DNA of 64,000 nt, taken from Antedon mediterranea (taxonomy: Eukaryota; Animalia; Echinodermata). Shown here piece by piece: positions 1 to 31,100 of the stretch (positions within the stretch are counted from its first letter, which is position 1; every line of letters begins with the position of its first letter). The stretch spans positions 16,712,912 through 16,776,911 of the forward strand of contig NC_092675.1 of the NCBI RefSeq assembly GCF_964355755.1. The letters run 5' to 3'. Below the pieces are notes generated by a model. The model saw only the letters and a program-made list of their open reading frames with translations. It had not been told where the DNA came from and ran no database searches. Made by a program: the position numbers and the translations under genes.

Positions 1-927
1 TTTTAAATTAAAGTCTTAAATAGAGGTGTGACTATTAATTTTTTATATTAAGTTCAGAGTACGGTACTCTAAAGATAGATTAAGGTTGACTGGAAGTTCA
101 TGTATGTGCCCTTTGCCCTTTGCCCTGTCATGCATCAGTGAGTATCCTCATCACTTGATAATTAATGATGAACTGTTTGTATGTTTCAGCTTTGCATTAC
201 TGCAAAACTAAGGTCCCGTAGGTTAATCAAGCAAGCTCAGTCATCTTTCCCTAATGTTTACTCATGTACAAAATCATGAAATGTATCGGAGCGAGGGATG
301 CTGCAAGTCTGGCGACAGTTAATATACCTGAATAAAGCTTACAATATTGAAAACATTTTTATAGTATTTATATTGTCAGTCTAATCCAAAAGACTAATGT
401 ACATCCTACCATATACTGTACTGTATATTATTATAGAATTGTAATCAAATATAATTACATTATTATTTAAGGACCATTGGACTACTGTCAAAGCTAAAGT
501 AGTATTTAATTTTATTATTTCTTTTTAACATTCATTATTTGTATACTAATTGCAGTATTTACCAGACTCCTGATTAAACTCATTGAGTTTTTGTCATTAA
601 TTTTATCAAGGCTCATCATTGTGTTCAGTATCTTGGTCAAATTATCTTGGTAATAGTTTTCCAACGTAAATTTTATTGAAATATCGCAATCGTCCACACC
701 TGATAATTTTATTGGTAAACTATACATGGTTAGTTTTAGCGATTGGGCCTTCAGTATCGTGTTTAAAGATCAATACAAAAAATAAAAACCCTTTTTATTA
801 AACATGTGATATTAAGATAAGATGATTGTTATTTACAGTGAGTATAAAGAACAATAATTCATCTTTTTATGACTGAATGAATTATTCATGTTTTGATTTT
901 AAATGTAAATTTATATTTATCTTGCAG

Positions 928-20067
<19,140 letters not shown>

Positions 20068-23000
20068 TAATCTGTGATATCAATTAGGCCTATGGTCTCT
20101 CAATATAAATGTAACAACAGTTAGTGGGTATTAGCTGACTGGCCTGCAAAGCACACAGCATTCAGTATAATACAGCTTTGTTAGATTTGATGAGTGACAT
20201 GTTTGCCATTCAGACATAATCACATACTGTAAAACATCGAAAGTAAGCCCAGTGGTCTACGATGGAACCCATCAAATGTTTAGAAGTAGAGAAAGAATGT
20301 TAAAGCTTAATTTTAAATTAACTTTTCATTGTGGTAGAACTACTTTATGGATAATAAAGTATAAACCATCATATCAACTGAATAAATAACACTTTAAGGA
20401 ATCAAATGTTTGTATTTCACGATTAATAATACGTCGATTTACATCTTAATGTTCGTAAATAACTGAGGGTTTATTTCGAGGTTTTACAGTAGTTAACATG
20501 CTGTGGTGCAGATCACTTAATTTGTTATTTTTTTGTATTTAGAATTTTCATATTAAATTGAAAAAATAAATATTTTTTAAAAGATATGTTTAATTTTTTT
20601 TAATCCATAAAAACAACTCAAACGTTATTTGGCAATGATTTTTAGATTACCTTTGTACAAACAGTTGCCATTTTGTTGCTTTGGTAATTATTTAGTCTGT
20701 TTTATCCATAATATTGTACAATGCTTAGATCTTCAAAAACTTTGCTTTCTTTCATTGTTTGATCGATGTATTCTGGCAAAATGTTTAACAACGTAGAGAG
20801 ACATATTGTGCATTAAATATTGGGAACACTTGCCATAGGTTAGGAGTACAGTGCAACTGAAACATGTAAAGAAGCGTGGACAAATACAGAGAGCTACACG
20901 CCATATTATTTCACAAGATTTTGTTATGCTATGTGGTGTATTCAATGTATCATTTGTCTATAACATATCAGGTGAAACCAGACATTTATCTTGTTCTGTA
21001 ACATGTTCATTTCTACAAAATTGAAGAGCTAAGTGATAGTGATATCCAGTAATAATATTGATTTCTGAACTGGGCATAATAAATCCCTGGGATTATCCCA
21101 GGGATTTTACACTTGACAGTCAATGAACCTGTGTATGTTTTACGTATAAAGTGTCTCAAAATTATTACTGTGTCTGCAAGATTGTTAATTTGTGGCAATC
21201 TGTGAATGGGGGATGTCTGGTTCCATCAGGAATATGTTTTTGTAAACGATAATAATTTCACTTTGTTCCTGGCAGTATATCATTCATACAAATGTGTAAG
21301 CTAAGTCATGGAGTCGTTTTGAGAATTATAACTCCATCCTTAAATGATGTTTGTTTTCAAAATGTGCTTTGTCAGCCTTTATATCCAAAGAAATCCCCTA
21401 AATACTGATAGCCACCTTGTGAGCGGTTGTCTAACCTGTTTAGGTCACTGTACTTCCAACATATTTAGCACATGCCATCACAACAAGTAGTTACATACAT
21501 GCTATATTATGTTTGTTTATAAAATGTATATATTACTACTGTATATACATAAATAGTACAGTAATTTATATACTGTACAAAGTACATATAAATGTGAGTG
21601 TACAATGTATTTGCTAAACAATTAATGTACAGTAGATATTGATGTAACACCCAATTCCAAAGATACCTAACGATAGCATTCAGTCATTCATATTTTGAAA
21701 TTTAAATTTATATAATTGGTAAACAAATGTTTTCATTATTTTTTAAACATGAATTGTTTTCTCTCATAACACTTAAATACTAACTACCTTGTTTATAAAT
21801 ACAATTATATTAAAGTAGTTACTGATTTGTATTCACTTTCTGGAAAGTTTATTATAAATATTACATTTAATATATTTATATTGCAGTTCACATATTGTTT
21901 CAAGTTGTTCAAAAACTTAATATAATACAATTCTTTCATCTCAAATATGAATTAGCTGGATTCTAATCTAATATTTTGTTGATAAGTTATCTGTGTAAGA
22001 CATGCTTCAGCTCATCATCTGTGTCTACTTGTGTGTCCCTATAACCCGTACCATTTTTACTTGCGTTAATTCATAATTACCTCAAATGAATTCCTTAATA
22101 GAAAGCTTTATTTTTTTTAATACAGTACCGGTATATCTCATTTGATATGATTTTTATATGTCCCTCCGTAAAGATGAAGTTTTCCAACGTGAAGAGTCAA
22201 ATTATTATTAAAAAAAACTGAATTAATATATGTGCTGAAAAACCAACTGTATGCCTTTCTATAAATTTGTACATAACTAATATACATATAGAAAAACTGG
22301 TTGGTGGGCATTTTCAGGGTGTTTTACAGTCATGTAGATGGTGTTGTTTTTTGAATGGTCAAAATGCAAATAGTGAATGAACGAACGAATGAGTGCAACA
22401 AGTATTACATGGATCACATTATTATTATTATAAGACATGCTTATAGCCAATGTTAAAAATAAATGCTCAGTCCTTTACAATGTGTGTGATAATAAAACAC
22501 ATGTGTTAAATGTATGTTTTGTAGTAAACATGTATTGTATCCACAATAGCTTTTAGTTACAATATGTGATGTGGTATTAGTACTAATTGGAAGGGTCAAG
22601 GGTTGTGGAAATTAATGGTCATTGAGTATTTCCTTAGGGTTAATTTCAATGAAAGATGTAAATAATTTAAATACTCCATACAGAGTGAATTAAGGTGGAT
22701 TTAATGCAGAATTAGATTAATATTTCATTATAAAAAAAAAACAGTTTTTAAACCACCATACTTCAAGAACTTTTGAAGGGGTTTATGTAACTTGTTTAAA
22801 TTTTAAAAAAAAGCTCTAGTTGATATGTAATTTTTGAATTTTAATCCTGTTTACTTGTTGTAATATACCTGTGTTGGCCTATATAATGCATGCGATGTGT
22901 TATGGCCATGAGTTTCAATGCTATCTTATTACAAGGTATAAATGGTTCGTTGTTGCCGGTGTAAGATTGAAATGTGTCCATCATTCAAAAGTGTCCGGGT

Positions 23001-23244
23001 GGACACTTTTCAGCATTGGATAGTGTCCAATTGCATGTTTCAACGGGTTCGCGGGCGTTTTCCAACAATTTAATGCTGTCCGGCGCGTTTAATAATGTCT
23101 GACCCTTGGATTGAATACCGTCCGTGGTTGAGATTTGAGATTCAGGTTTTGATCGTGATTGCGCATGCACTTGTCTTTTTTTAACGACCACTATTTGTTA
23201 ATAATGCCAAACTAGTTTTTATTTTTCAAAGATAACTTGGCTTA

Positions 23245-25725
23245 AAACACCTCCAATTAGCGACCATTATATTATTTGGTATGAATAAAGACAAGAAGAA
23301 TAAATAACAATATAATAATAATCATGTAATAAAAACAAGTAATTATACTGGTCCTCTTCCAATTAAAGAACACTTTAGTTTAGACACTTCCAATTAGCGA
23401 CCATTTTTATTGTTTTGTATGAGTAAAGACAAGAGTAATAATAGTTTTTAATCATGTGACAAAAAACAAGTAATTGTACTGGTCCTCTTCCAATTAAAGA
23501 TCACTTAAAAATAAACACTTCCAATTAGCGACCGTTTTATTATTTTGTATGAGTAAAGACAAGAATAATAAATAGTTTATAATCATGTGATAAAAAACAA
23601 GTAATTGTACTGGTCCTCTTCCAATTAAAGATCACTTTACTTTAAGACACTTCCAATTAGCGACCGTTATATTGTTTTGTATGAGTACAGACAAGAAGAA
23701 TAAATAGATTTTAATCATGTGATAAAAAACAAATAATTGTACTGGTCCTCTTCCAATTAAAGGTCACTTTACTTTAAGACACTTCCAATTAGCGACCGTT
23801 ATATTATTTTGTATGAGTACAGACAAGAAGAATAAATAGATTTTAATCATGTGATAAAAAACAAGTAATTGTACTGGTCCTCTTCCAATGAAAGATCACT
23901 TTACTTTAAGACACTTCCAATTAGCGACCGTTATATTATTTTTTATGAATAAAAACATGAAGCATAAATAGTTTATAATCATGTGATATAAAATAAGTAA
24001 TTGTACTGGTCTTCTTCCAATTAAAGATCACTTTACTTTAAGACACTTCCAATTAGCGACCGTTATATTATTTTGTATGAGTACAGACAATTAGAAGAAT
24101 AAATAGATTTTAATCATGTGATAAAAAACAAGTAATTGTACTGGTCCTCTTCCAATTAAAGATCACTTTACTTTAAGACACCTCCAATTAGCGACCGTTA
24201 TATTATTTTGTATGAGTACAGACAAGAAGAATAAATAGATTTTAATCATGTGATAAAAAAACAAGTAATTGTACTGGTCCTCTTCCAATTAAAGATCACT
24301 TTACTTCAAGAAACTTCCATTTAGCGACCGTTATATTATTTTGTATGAATAAAGACAAGAATAATAAATAGTTTATAATCATGTGATATAAAATAAGTAA
24401 TTGTACGGGTACTCTTCCAATTAAAGGTCACTTTACTTTAAGACACTTCCAATTAGCGACCGTTATATTATTTTGTATGAGTACAGACAATTAGAAGAAT
24501 AAATAGATTTTAATCATGTGATAAAAAACAAGTAATTGTACTGGTCCTCTTCCAATGAAAGATCACTTTACTTTAAGACACTTCCAATTAGCGACCGTTA
24601 TATTATTTTGTATGAGTACAGACAAGAAGAATAAATAGATTTTAATCATGTGATAAAAAACAAGTAATTGTACTGGTCCTCTTCCAATTAAAGATCACTT
24701 TACTTTAAGACACTTCCAATTAGCGACCGTTATATTATTTTGTATGAGTACAGACAAGAAGAATAAATAGATTTTAATCATGTGATAAAAAATAAGTAAT
24801 TGTACTGGTCCTCTTCCAATTAAAGGTCACTTTACTGTAAGACACTTCCATTTAGCGACCGTTATATTATTTTGTATGAGTACAGACAAGAAGAATAAAT
24901 AGATTTTATTCATGTGATAAAAAACAAGTAATTGTACTGGTCCTCTTCCAATGAAAGATCACTTTACTTTAAAACACTTCCAATTAGCGACCGTTATATT
25001 ATTTTTTATGAATAAAAACAAGAAGCATAAATAGTTTATAATCATGTGATATAAAATAAGTAATTGTACTGGTCCTCTTCCAATTAAAGGTCACTTTACT
25101 GTAAGACACCTCCAATTAGCGACCGTTATATTATTTTGTATGAGTACAGACAATTAGAAGAATAAATAGATTTTAATCATGTGATAAAAAACAAGTAATT
25201 GTACTGGTCCTCTTCCAATGAAAGATCACTTTACTTTAAGACACTTCCATTTAGCGACCGTTATATTATTTTGTATGAGTACAGACAAGAAGAATAAATA
25301 GATTTTAATCATGTGATAAAAAACAAGTAATTGTACTGGTCCTCTTCCAATTAAAGATCACTTTACTTTAAGACACTTCCAATTAGCGACCGTTATATTA
25401 TTTTGTATGAGTACAGACAAGAAGAATAAATAGATTTTAATCATGTGATAAAAAATAAGTAATTGTACTGGTCCTTTTCCAATTAAAGGTCACTTTACTT
25501 TAAGACACTTCCATTTAGCGACCGTTATATTATTTTGTATGAATAAAGACAAGAAGAATAAATACTAGTTAAGACAAGAAGAATAAATAGTTTATAATCA
25601 TGTGATAAAAAACAAGTAATTGTACGGGTCCTCTTCCAATTATAGATCACTTTAGTTTAAACACTTCCAATTAGCGACCGTTATATTATTTTGTACGAGT
25701 AAAGACAAGAAGAATAAATAGTTTA
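23245..25725. repeat. About 132-bp satellite array (about 19 copies) inside the Ginger1 element
   Basis: Unit acacttccaattagcgaccgttatattattttgtatgagtacagacaagaag...ggtcctcttccaattaaagatcactttactttaag; anchors at 23651, 23783 and 23915 are 132 bp apart. Confidence 0.95.
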
Positions 25726-26609
25726 CTTGTTTAATCCCCAATCAATTAAAAGTTGCACCTTTTTATAATCAACACGATATAGCTGATCTCTTGAAAAAAC
25801 ATAATCAGTTTTACTGAAGTATTATGTTAATTGGTACATTGATCGTCACATCGAGAATATGGTAGGGGTGTCACACTATGTGCGTCTAGGGTGAATGCAA
25901 AGATAATGACATCGATATAGCGCCACATCAACACGTTTTTATGCACCTTTGGTGTAAGTATTTATTTTAGTATTTTGTCCTTAAATCAGAATTTATATTC
26001 AAAGAAAAAATGACTTGTTATGTAAAAAAACAACAATTCGGTATCTGGAATCTTAAAATTAATGTATCTATAAAAATAATTAATATGGGATAGGCCTGAG
26101 ACCTCATACATTTGTTAATAGGGCTACTTTATTGAACCTTCATTTTATCGGATGTTATAAGAACGCTTGCTTCAACCGATTCTTTTTTTGAACAGCATTT
26201 TGTTTAAAGGCGATTGTGTTATTTTCAATGTTTAATAAACTTCTGGAATTTCAGAGAAACCCATTTTAATAAACAAAAGCTTCTTATAAAATGTGCTTAC
26301 TGGATAATGTTTCATACATGTTTGGCTGGTTCAAATTTACTTTACTTTTGCTTTTCCGCTACTCCCCTGTTATACTATATATTTGTTGTTATGTAGAAAG
26401 ATTGAAAATAAATTCATTCATTCATTCTTCTTTTATTTCGGAAAAAAAAAATTCTCCATAGTTCAGTAACAACAAGTGTACATTATTGTAAATATAACAA
26501 ATACATATACATATATATATATATATATAATATATATGTATTTGTTATATTTACAATAATGTACACTTGTTACTGTCTGTATATATATATATATATATAT
26601 ATATGTATT

Positions 26610-27120
26610 GTGTTCCAACCGTACCACGCCGAGAATGTTAAAGGGTCGTTATCCGGTCGAGTTAAAGAACAATACCATGAAAGCCCCAGTGGTCTAATGG
26701 TTAGGGCAACTGCATATCAAGCCGACGGTCCGAGTTCGAGCCTCGGTTGGGGCGACTTTTTCTCATTCTCTCAGATTTCCTCATCTTTATCGTTTCAAAA
26801 ATTAATTAAATCATTTTCAGTGTATCACCGGGCGGTTTGGAATTTATTTCTATGCCTGTTGTGTTTACAACTGAGGACTAGTGCTGTTCCGCCGTACCAC
26901 GCCGAGAATGTTAAAGAGTCGCTATCCAATCGAGTTCGAACCGTGAAAGCCCCAGTGGTCTAACGGTTAGGACATCTGCATATCAAGCAGGCGGTCCGAG
27001 TTCGAGTCTCGGTTGGGGCGACTTTAACTCATTCTCACAGATTTCCTCATCTTTATCGTTTCAAATTAATTAATTAAATTTCAGTATATTACCGGGCGGT
27101 TTAGAATTAATGTTCTATGC
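26610..27120 (+). mobile_element. tRNA-containing repeat next to (TA)n, about 1.9 tandem units; another copy on - at about 53128-53552
   Basis: Each unit of about 270 bp contains GCCCCAGTGGTCTAA(T/C)GGTTAGG..CCGAGTTCGAG(C/T)CTCGGTTGGGGCG (A box, B box, cloverleaf). (TA)n lies immediately upstream. Confidence 0.7.
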
Positions 27121-28159
27121 TACATAGTCACGTGGTTAGAACAATAGTTTCATATATCTACTATGTAGATTGGATGAAGGAAAAGCAAATTCATGAATAC
27201 ATTACAAATAAATGTATGAATTGTGAATTACAAAAATATTAAATGTTGTTGTCTTGTCAGAATGAGTTGTAAATATGAACGAGTTTTGTAAACATAAATT
27301 ATATATCATTGATCATTACTTATATTAACAGGATAAAATAATAATAGTGTAATAATAATGAACAATAGTTACAGAAAAATATTTATTTATTTATTTATTT
27401 ATTGCTATTAAAACTTGTTTCAGTAAGTGTGTTTGTATTTATTTTACTTTGTTATTGATCATCATTGGTCTGGCTACCAATACATTGGAAGCACGCAAGC
27501 CTCGCTACCACGTCAAGGTTGATGATCATAGCGAGGGTAGGTTGCACGTTTGTATGTGCCCCTTTGACCAAAGAAAACATATTATAGAAGAAAATTGCAT
27601 AACATTATGAAACAGAATCATATGAGTTGTAAATATGAAAAAGTTTTTTAAACATAAAAATACAATAAAAATAAACACTAGTTACAATCTAATTCACGTA
27701 CTTTTACCTTACCGGACCTTTAGTCGCGTTATTCTTTTATACAATCTGCTTTTTAATTAATTTTTTAATCCTTGTAGCGATCAAAGCAGGGCGCATGACA
27801 CATCATTGCATGTTTACACTGGACACACTGTATTTGATCTGTTGTTACCTGCCATTAGACCCCTTGAGCCTTTGACGTACTTATGCTCAGATATTCGTCT
27901 TCCGTTGATTCAATGAAAGATGGTGACGCTTTAATTAGCCGCTGTGGTGAATCTATGTTCTTCTTTCTGGTCCGACAAATGCAATTGGTATTTCTTCGTC
28001 GATGAGTTTCAGACAAAGCCGACAATCTCCTCTTGACGGAAGCACCTGTAAAAAATCAAAGCATTAACGAAACTTACCTCTATAAGGTAAACAAATACCC
28101 TTTTCACCATTTAATGCTTCTGTGTATGTTGAGATTACCGGTCATAGGTAGGCCTACAG

Positions 28160-31100
28160 TTAAAGAGTGACGTTGTATGAATCAACATATAATTGTCCAG
28201 GTACTTCATTGTTGCTCTGATGAATCCTTTCCGGGAAATGTTCCATGTCACAAAGCAAATTGAATATATTTGGATCGATATCATCTTTTAGATGGTTGAC
28301 TGCTTCAATGTCATAATGTGTGTCCGTGAATTCAGATACGTATATAACGTCCATAATGCCTTCGGAACGCATTACCGCTTCATCTTCGTAATTATCTACC
28401 AGAGCAGCATTGAGGGTCACATCGGATACAATATCCCAGTATTTCCGTGCAAGGTGGTTTTTGATTGGTGCGTATGGTGTACGAGTGTATTTTAATTCAG
28501 CGTCATAAGTTTTCTTGTCTACATCCAGGACAGGCTCAAAGTGTGCACATAAGTTTGATAGGTAGATGTTTCTTTCAGATACTAAATCACCAAACTGATT
28601 ACTTATTGGTGCATATTTCAACCATTCATAATGTGGAAGCCCTTTCCTTCTTCCATATTTACTGTAAACATAAACATTCGTATTTGACATGGTCGCAAAT
28701 GCCATGATTTTGATGTCCGAACCCCATGTCCCATATTCCCCCATTCTCGTGTCTTCCACGTATCGTTCAAATGATCTGGATTCAATTTTTTCAAATAGGT
28801 TTTTGTTCATGGACATATAGTTTAGTATGTAATCCCGTACAACTACATGGTAGTTCTGGACACCAAAGAGAATATAACTCAAAGCCCTAAAAAGACAGTT
28901 GCCGTCCCCTCTCATATTAACAACTTTAGTAGGCCTGGCTGCCTTGTCCATTTCACATTTTAAGTGAGTTTTGTGAAAATTTTTGACATTGATACCAAAT
29001 GGTGCTGCCTTTTCAAGCTGCCAATTGGCATCGACAGGAAAGAATAACTTTCTTGAAGTTTTCGTGTTGAGGTATACCACATCACTATCAGATACAGGCC
29101 TACTGTTGTCATGGTCATCATCCGGTGCGACATTATCATTGTCTAATGTAGGTATGTTATCGTGATTATCCAGTGTGATATCATCGTTCTTGGATGTAGG
29201 TATGTTAATGTGATCATCCGGTGTGATATCATAATTCTTGGATGTAGGTCTGTTATCGTTATCATCAACATTCTTGGATGTAGGTATGTTAATAATGTGA
29301 TCATCCGGTGTGATATCACCATTCTTGGATGTAGGTATGTTATCATGGTGCGTTACTTCAGGTGGGATGTCTGGCGTTCGCTTTCGTTTCTTTGGAGGGA
29401 GATGCTTATCATTGGTATTACATTTCTGTTTAGTGCTTGATGATGGACAGTTCAAAGAGGTTGTTTTATCGGACTTGTAATGTCTGATCTTGTTTCCGTT
29501 AACAATAGCCCTTCTTCCTTTTAGTCGATATGTATTGTGAGTGAGGACTTTTTCTATAATATATGGACCAGTCCATCGAGCATTAAGTTTGCCTCCCTTT
29601 CTTGACAAATTTCTGGAATTCTGCAAGAGCACTTGATCTCCTGCATAGTACGTGTTGCTTTTAACACCAGCATCATGATAATGTTTTTGCTTTTTCTGTG
29701 CTTTTTTGATATTTTCTGATGCCTTTCTCCTTGAATCTTTGAGTTTCAAAAAAGCGTCCACTCTTATTTTTAAAGGAACAGTTCCGGATATGTCATCTTT
29801 ATTAGACGAAACGATGGGAATACGTAATTCTACAGGCAACACAGCCTTTCTACCGTAAACTAATGAGAATGGGTCACATTTTGTAGACTTGTGCTCGGAT
29901 GTTCTGTAGGCAAACAACACGTATGGGAGTTGTATATCCCAGTCATTTTGGTCTGCGTTGGTCAACGTCATAAGCATTGTGCAAAGTGTTCTGTTAAAGC
30001 GCTCCGTTTGCCCGCCTGTTTGAGGATGGTATGGTGAGGCAACTCTGTGGTCTACCCCAATCAGCTTACAGAAGCTGTCATTCAGCTCATTACAAAACTC
30101 TCTACCCTGGTCTGTAATCAATATAGAAGGTGTTCCATGTCTGCAGACAAAATCAATAAAAGATCTCAGCACTGTTTTAGCAGATTTATCTGGAATTGCA
30201 TCAGCTTCCACCCATTTGGTAAGGTACTCCGTAAATACAAGTAAGTACCGATTACCTGAAACACAGCAAATAATAATATAATAAGCCGTAATAATAGTAG
30301 TGTCAAAATGTCATGATGAGATGTACAACACCCGAACTGTACGAATGAAATAACAATAATAATAACAATATTAATATCAATAAATATAATAAGAACAAGA
30401 ACAATAATAATATCGTGGATTTACATAGCGCCTAATGTTGTAAAACCTCTATGCGCTGAACAGTATTACCCCAGTCATGGTTTGGATCAAATTAAAACAG
30501 GCAGAAATAAAGATTATTACAGTATAGCCATAATCGATGTAAATCCGGTGACAATAATAAGAGCATCTGATTCTTGGTAAATCTAGTTTTTGTTGACAGT
30601 GTAAAAAAGAGAACTGTCATAATTTTAGTTTAGTTAACAATTTCAAGAAACCTCACAGAAATTGCGCTTGTGCCTTTACAATAATAAATTTAAGTTCAGC
30701 CCTATTACAATAAAGGCCGAACAGAACTAATTATTAACTGTAATTTTAGGCCCTGAAGAATGAATTACAAAGTTTTCTGAACGTATTTCATTCATGTCTT
30801 CTTGCTTTTTACTTTTACGTTTTGATTTAGCTTTTTTATCCAGTCACAGCATTTTTGTTTTTCAGTAATTTGTCATGAGATACCTTACCATTTTCTGTCT
30901 TTACCAAAGGCCCAACAATATCCATACCGATCTGTCTGAAAGCAGTATCTGTTACGGGTATAGGTTGAAGTGGCACTTTTGCTTTTTTTAAAACTTCTTT
31001 CCGTTGGCACTGATCACAGGCGGCTATAAAATTACGAACACCATCAAATGACCCCTTCCAATAATACCTTTCGCGTATCTTTTTCCAACTGTTAAAAAAA

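Noticed and set aside
23245-25725. Regular repeats resembling a CRISPR array (also 37951-38300 and 49882-51450)
   Set aside because: Units are contiguous near-identical monomers without unique spacers, there are no cas genes, and the context is eukaryotic.
26868-26950. Hammerhead ribozyme suggested by CTGAGGA
   Set aside because: I could not find a paired stem II followed by GAAA and a cleavage triplet by eye; this needs an Infernal search.
26683-27020. Functional tRNA genes with an ATC anticodon
   Set aside because: The anticodon loop is non-canonical (ATATCAA), copy 1 has a mismatched stem, and both sit in a dispersed repeat, so they are treated as tRNA-derived.
27495-27540. SECIS-like hairpin downstream of the transposase
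   Set aside because: A hairpin exists (cctcgcta..tagcgagg) but lacks proper AUGA/GA quartet and AA-loop spacing, and the ORF has no in-frame TGA.
28160-30211. Gypsy LTR retrotransposon pol
   Set aside because: No RT, RNaseH, gag or LTRs; the gene has spliceosomal introns and is enclosed by TIRs with a CCGG TSD.
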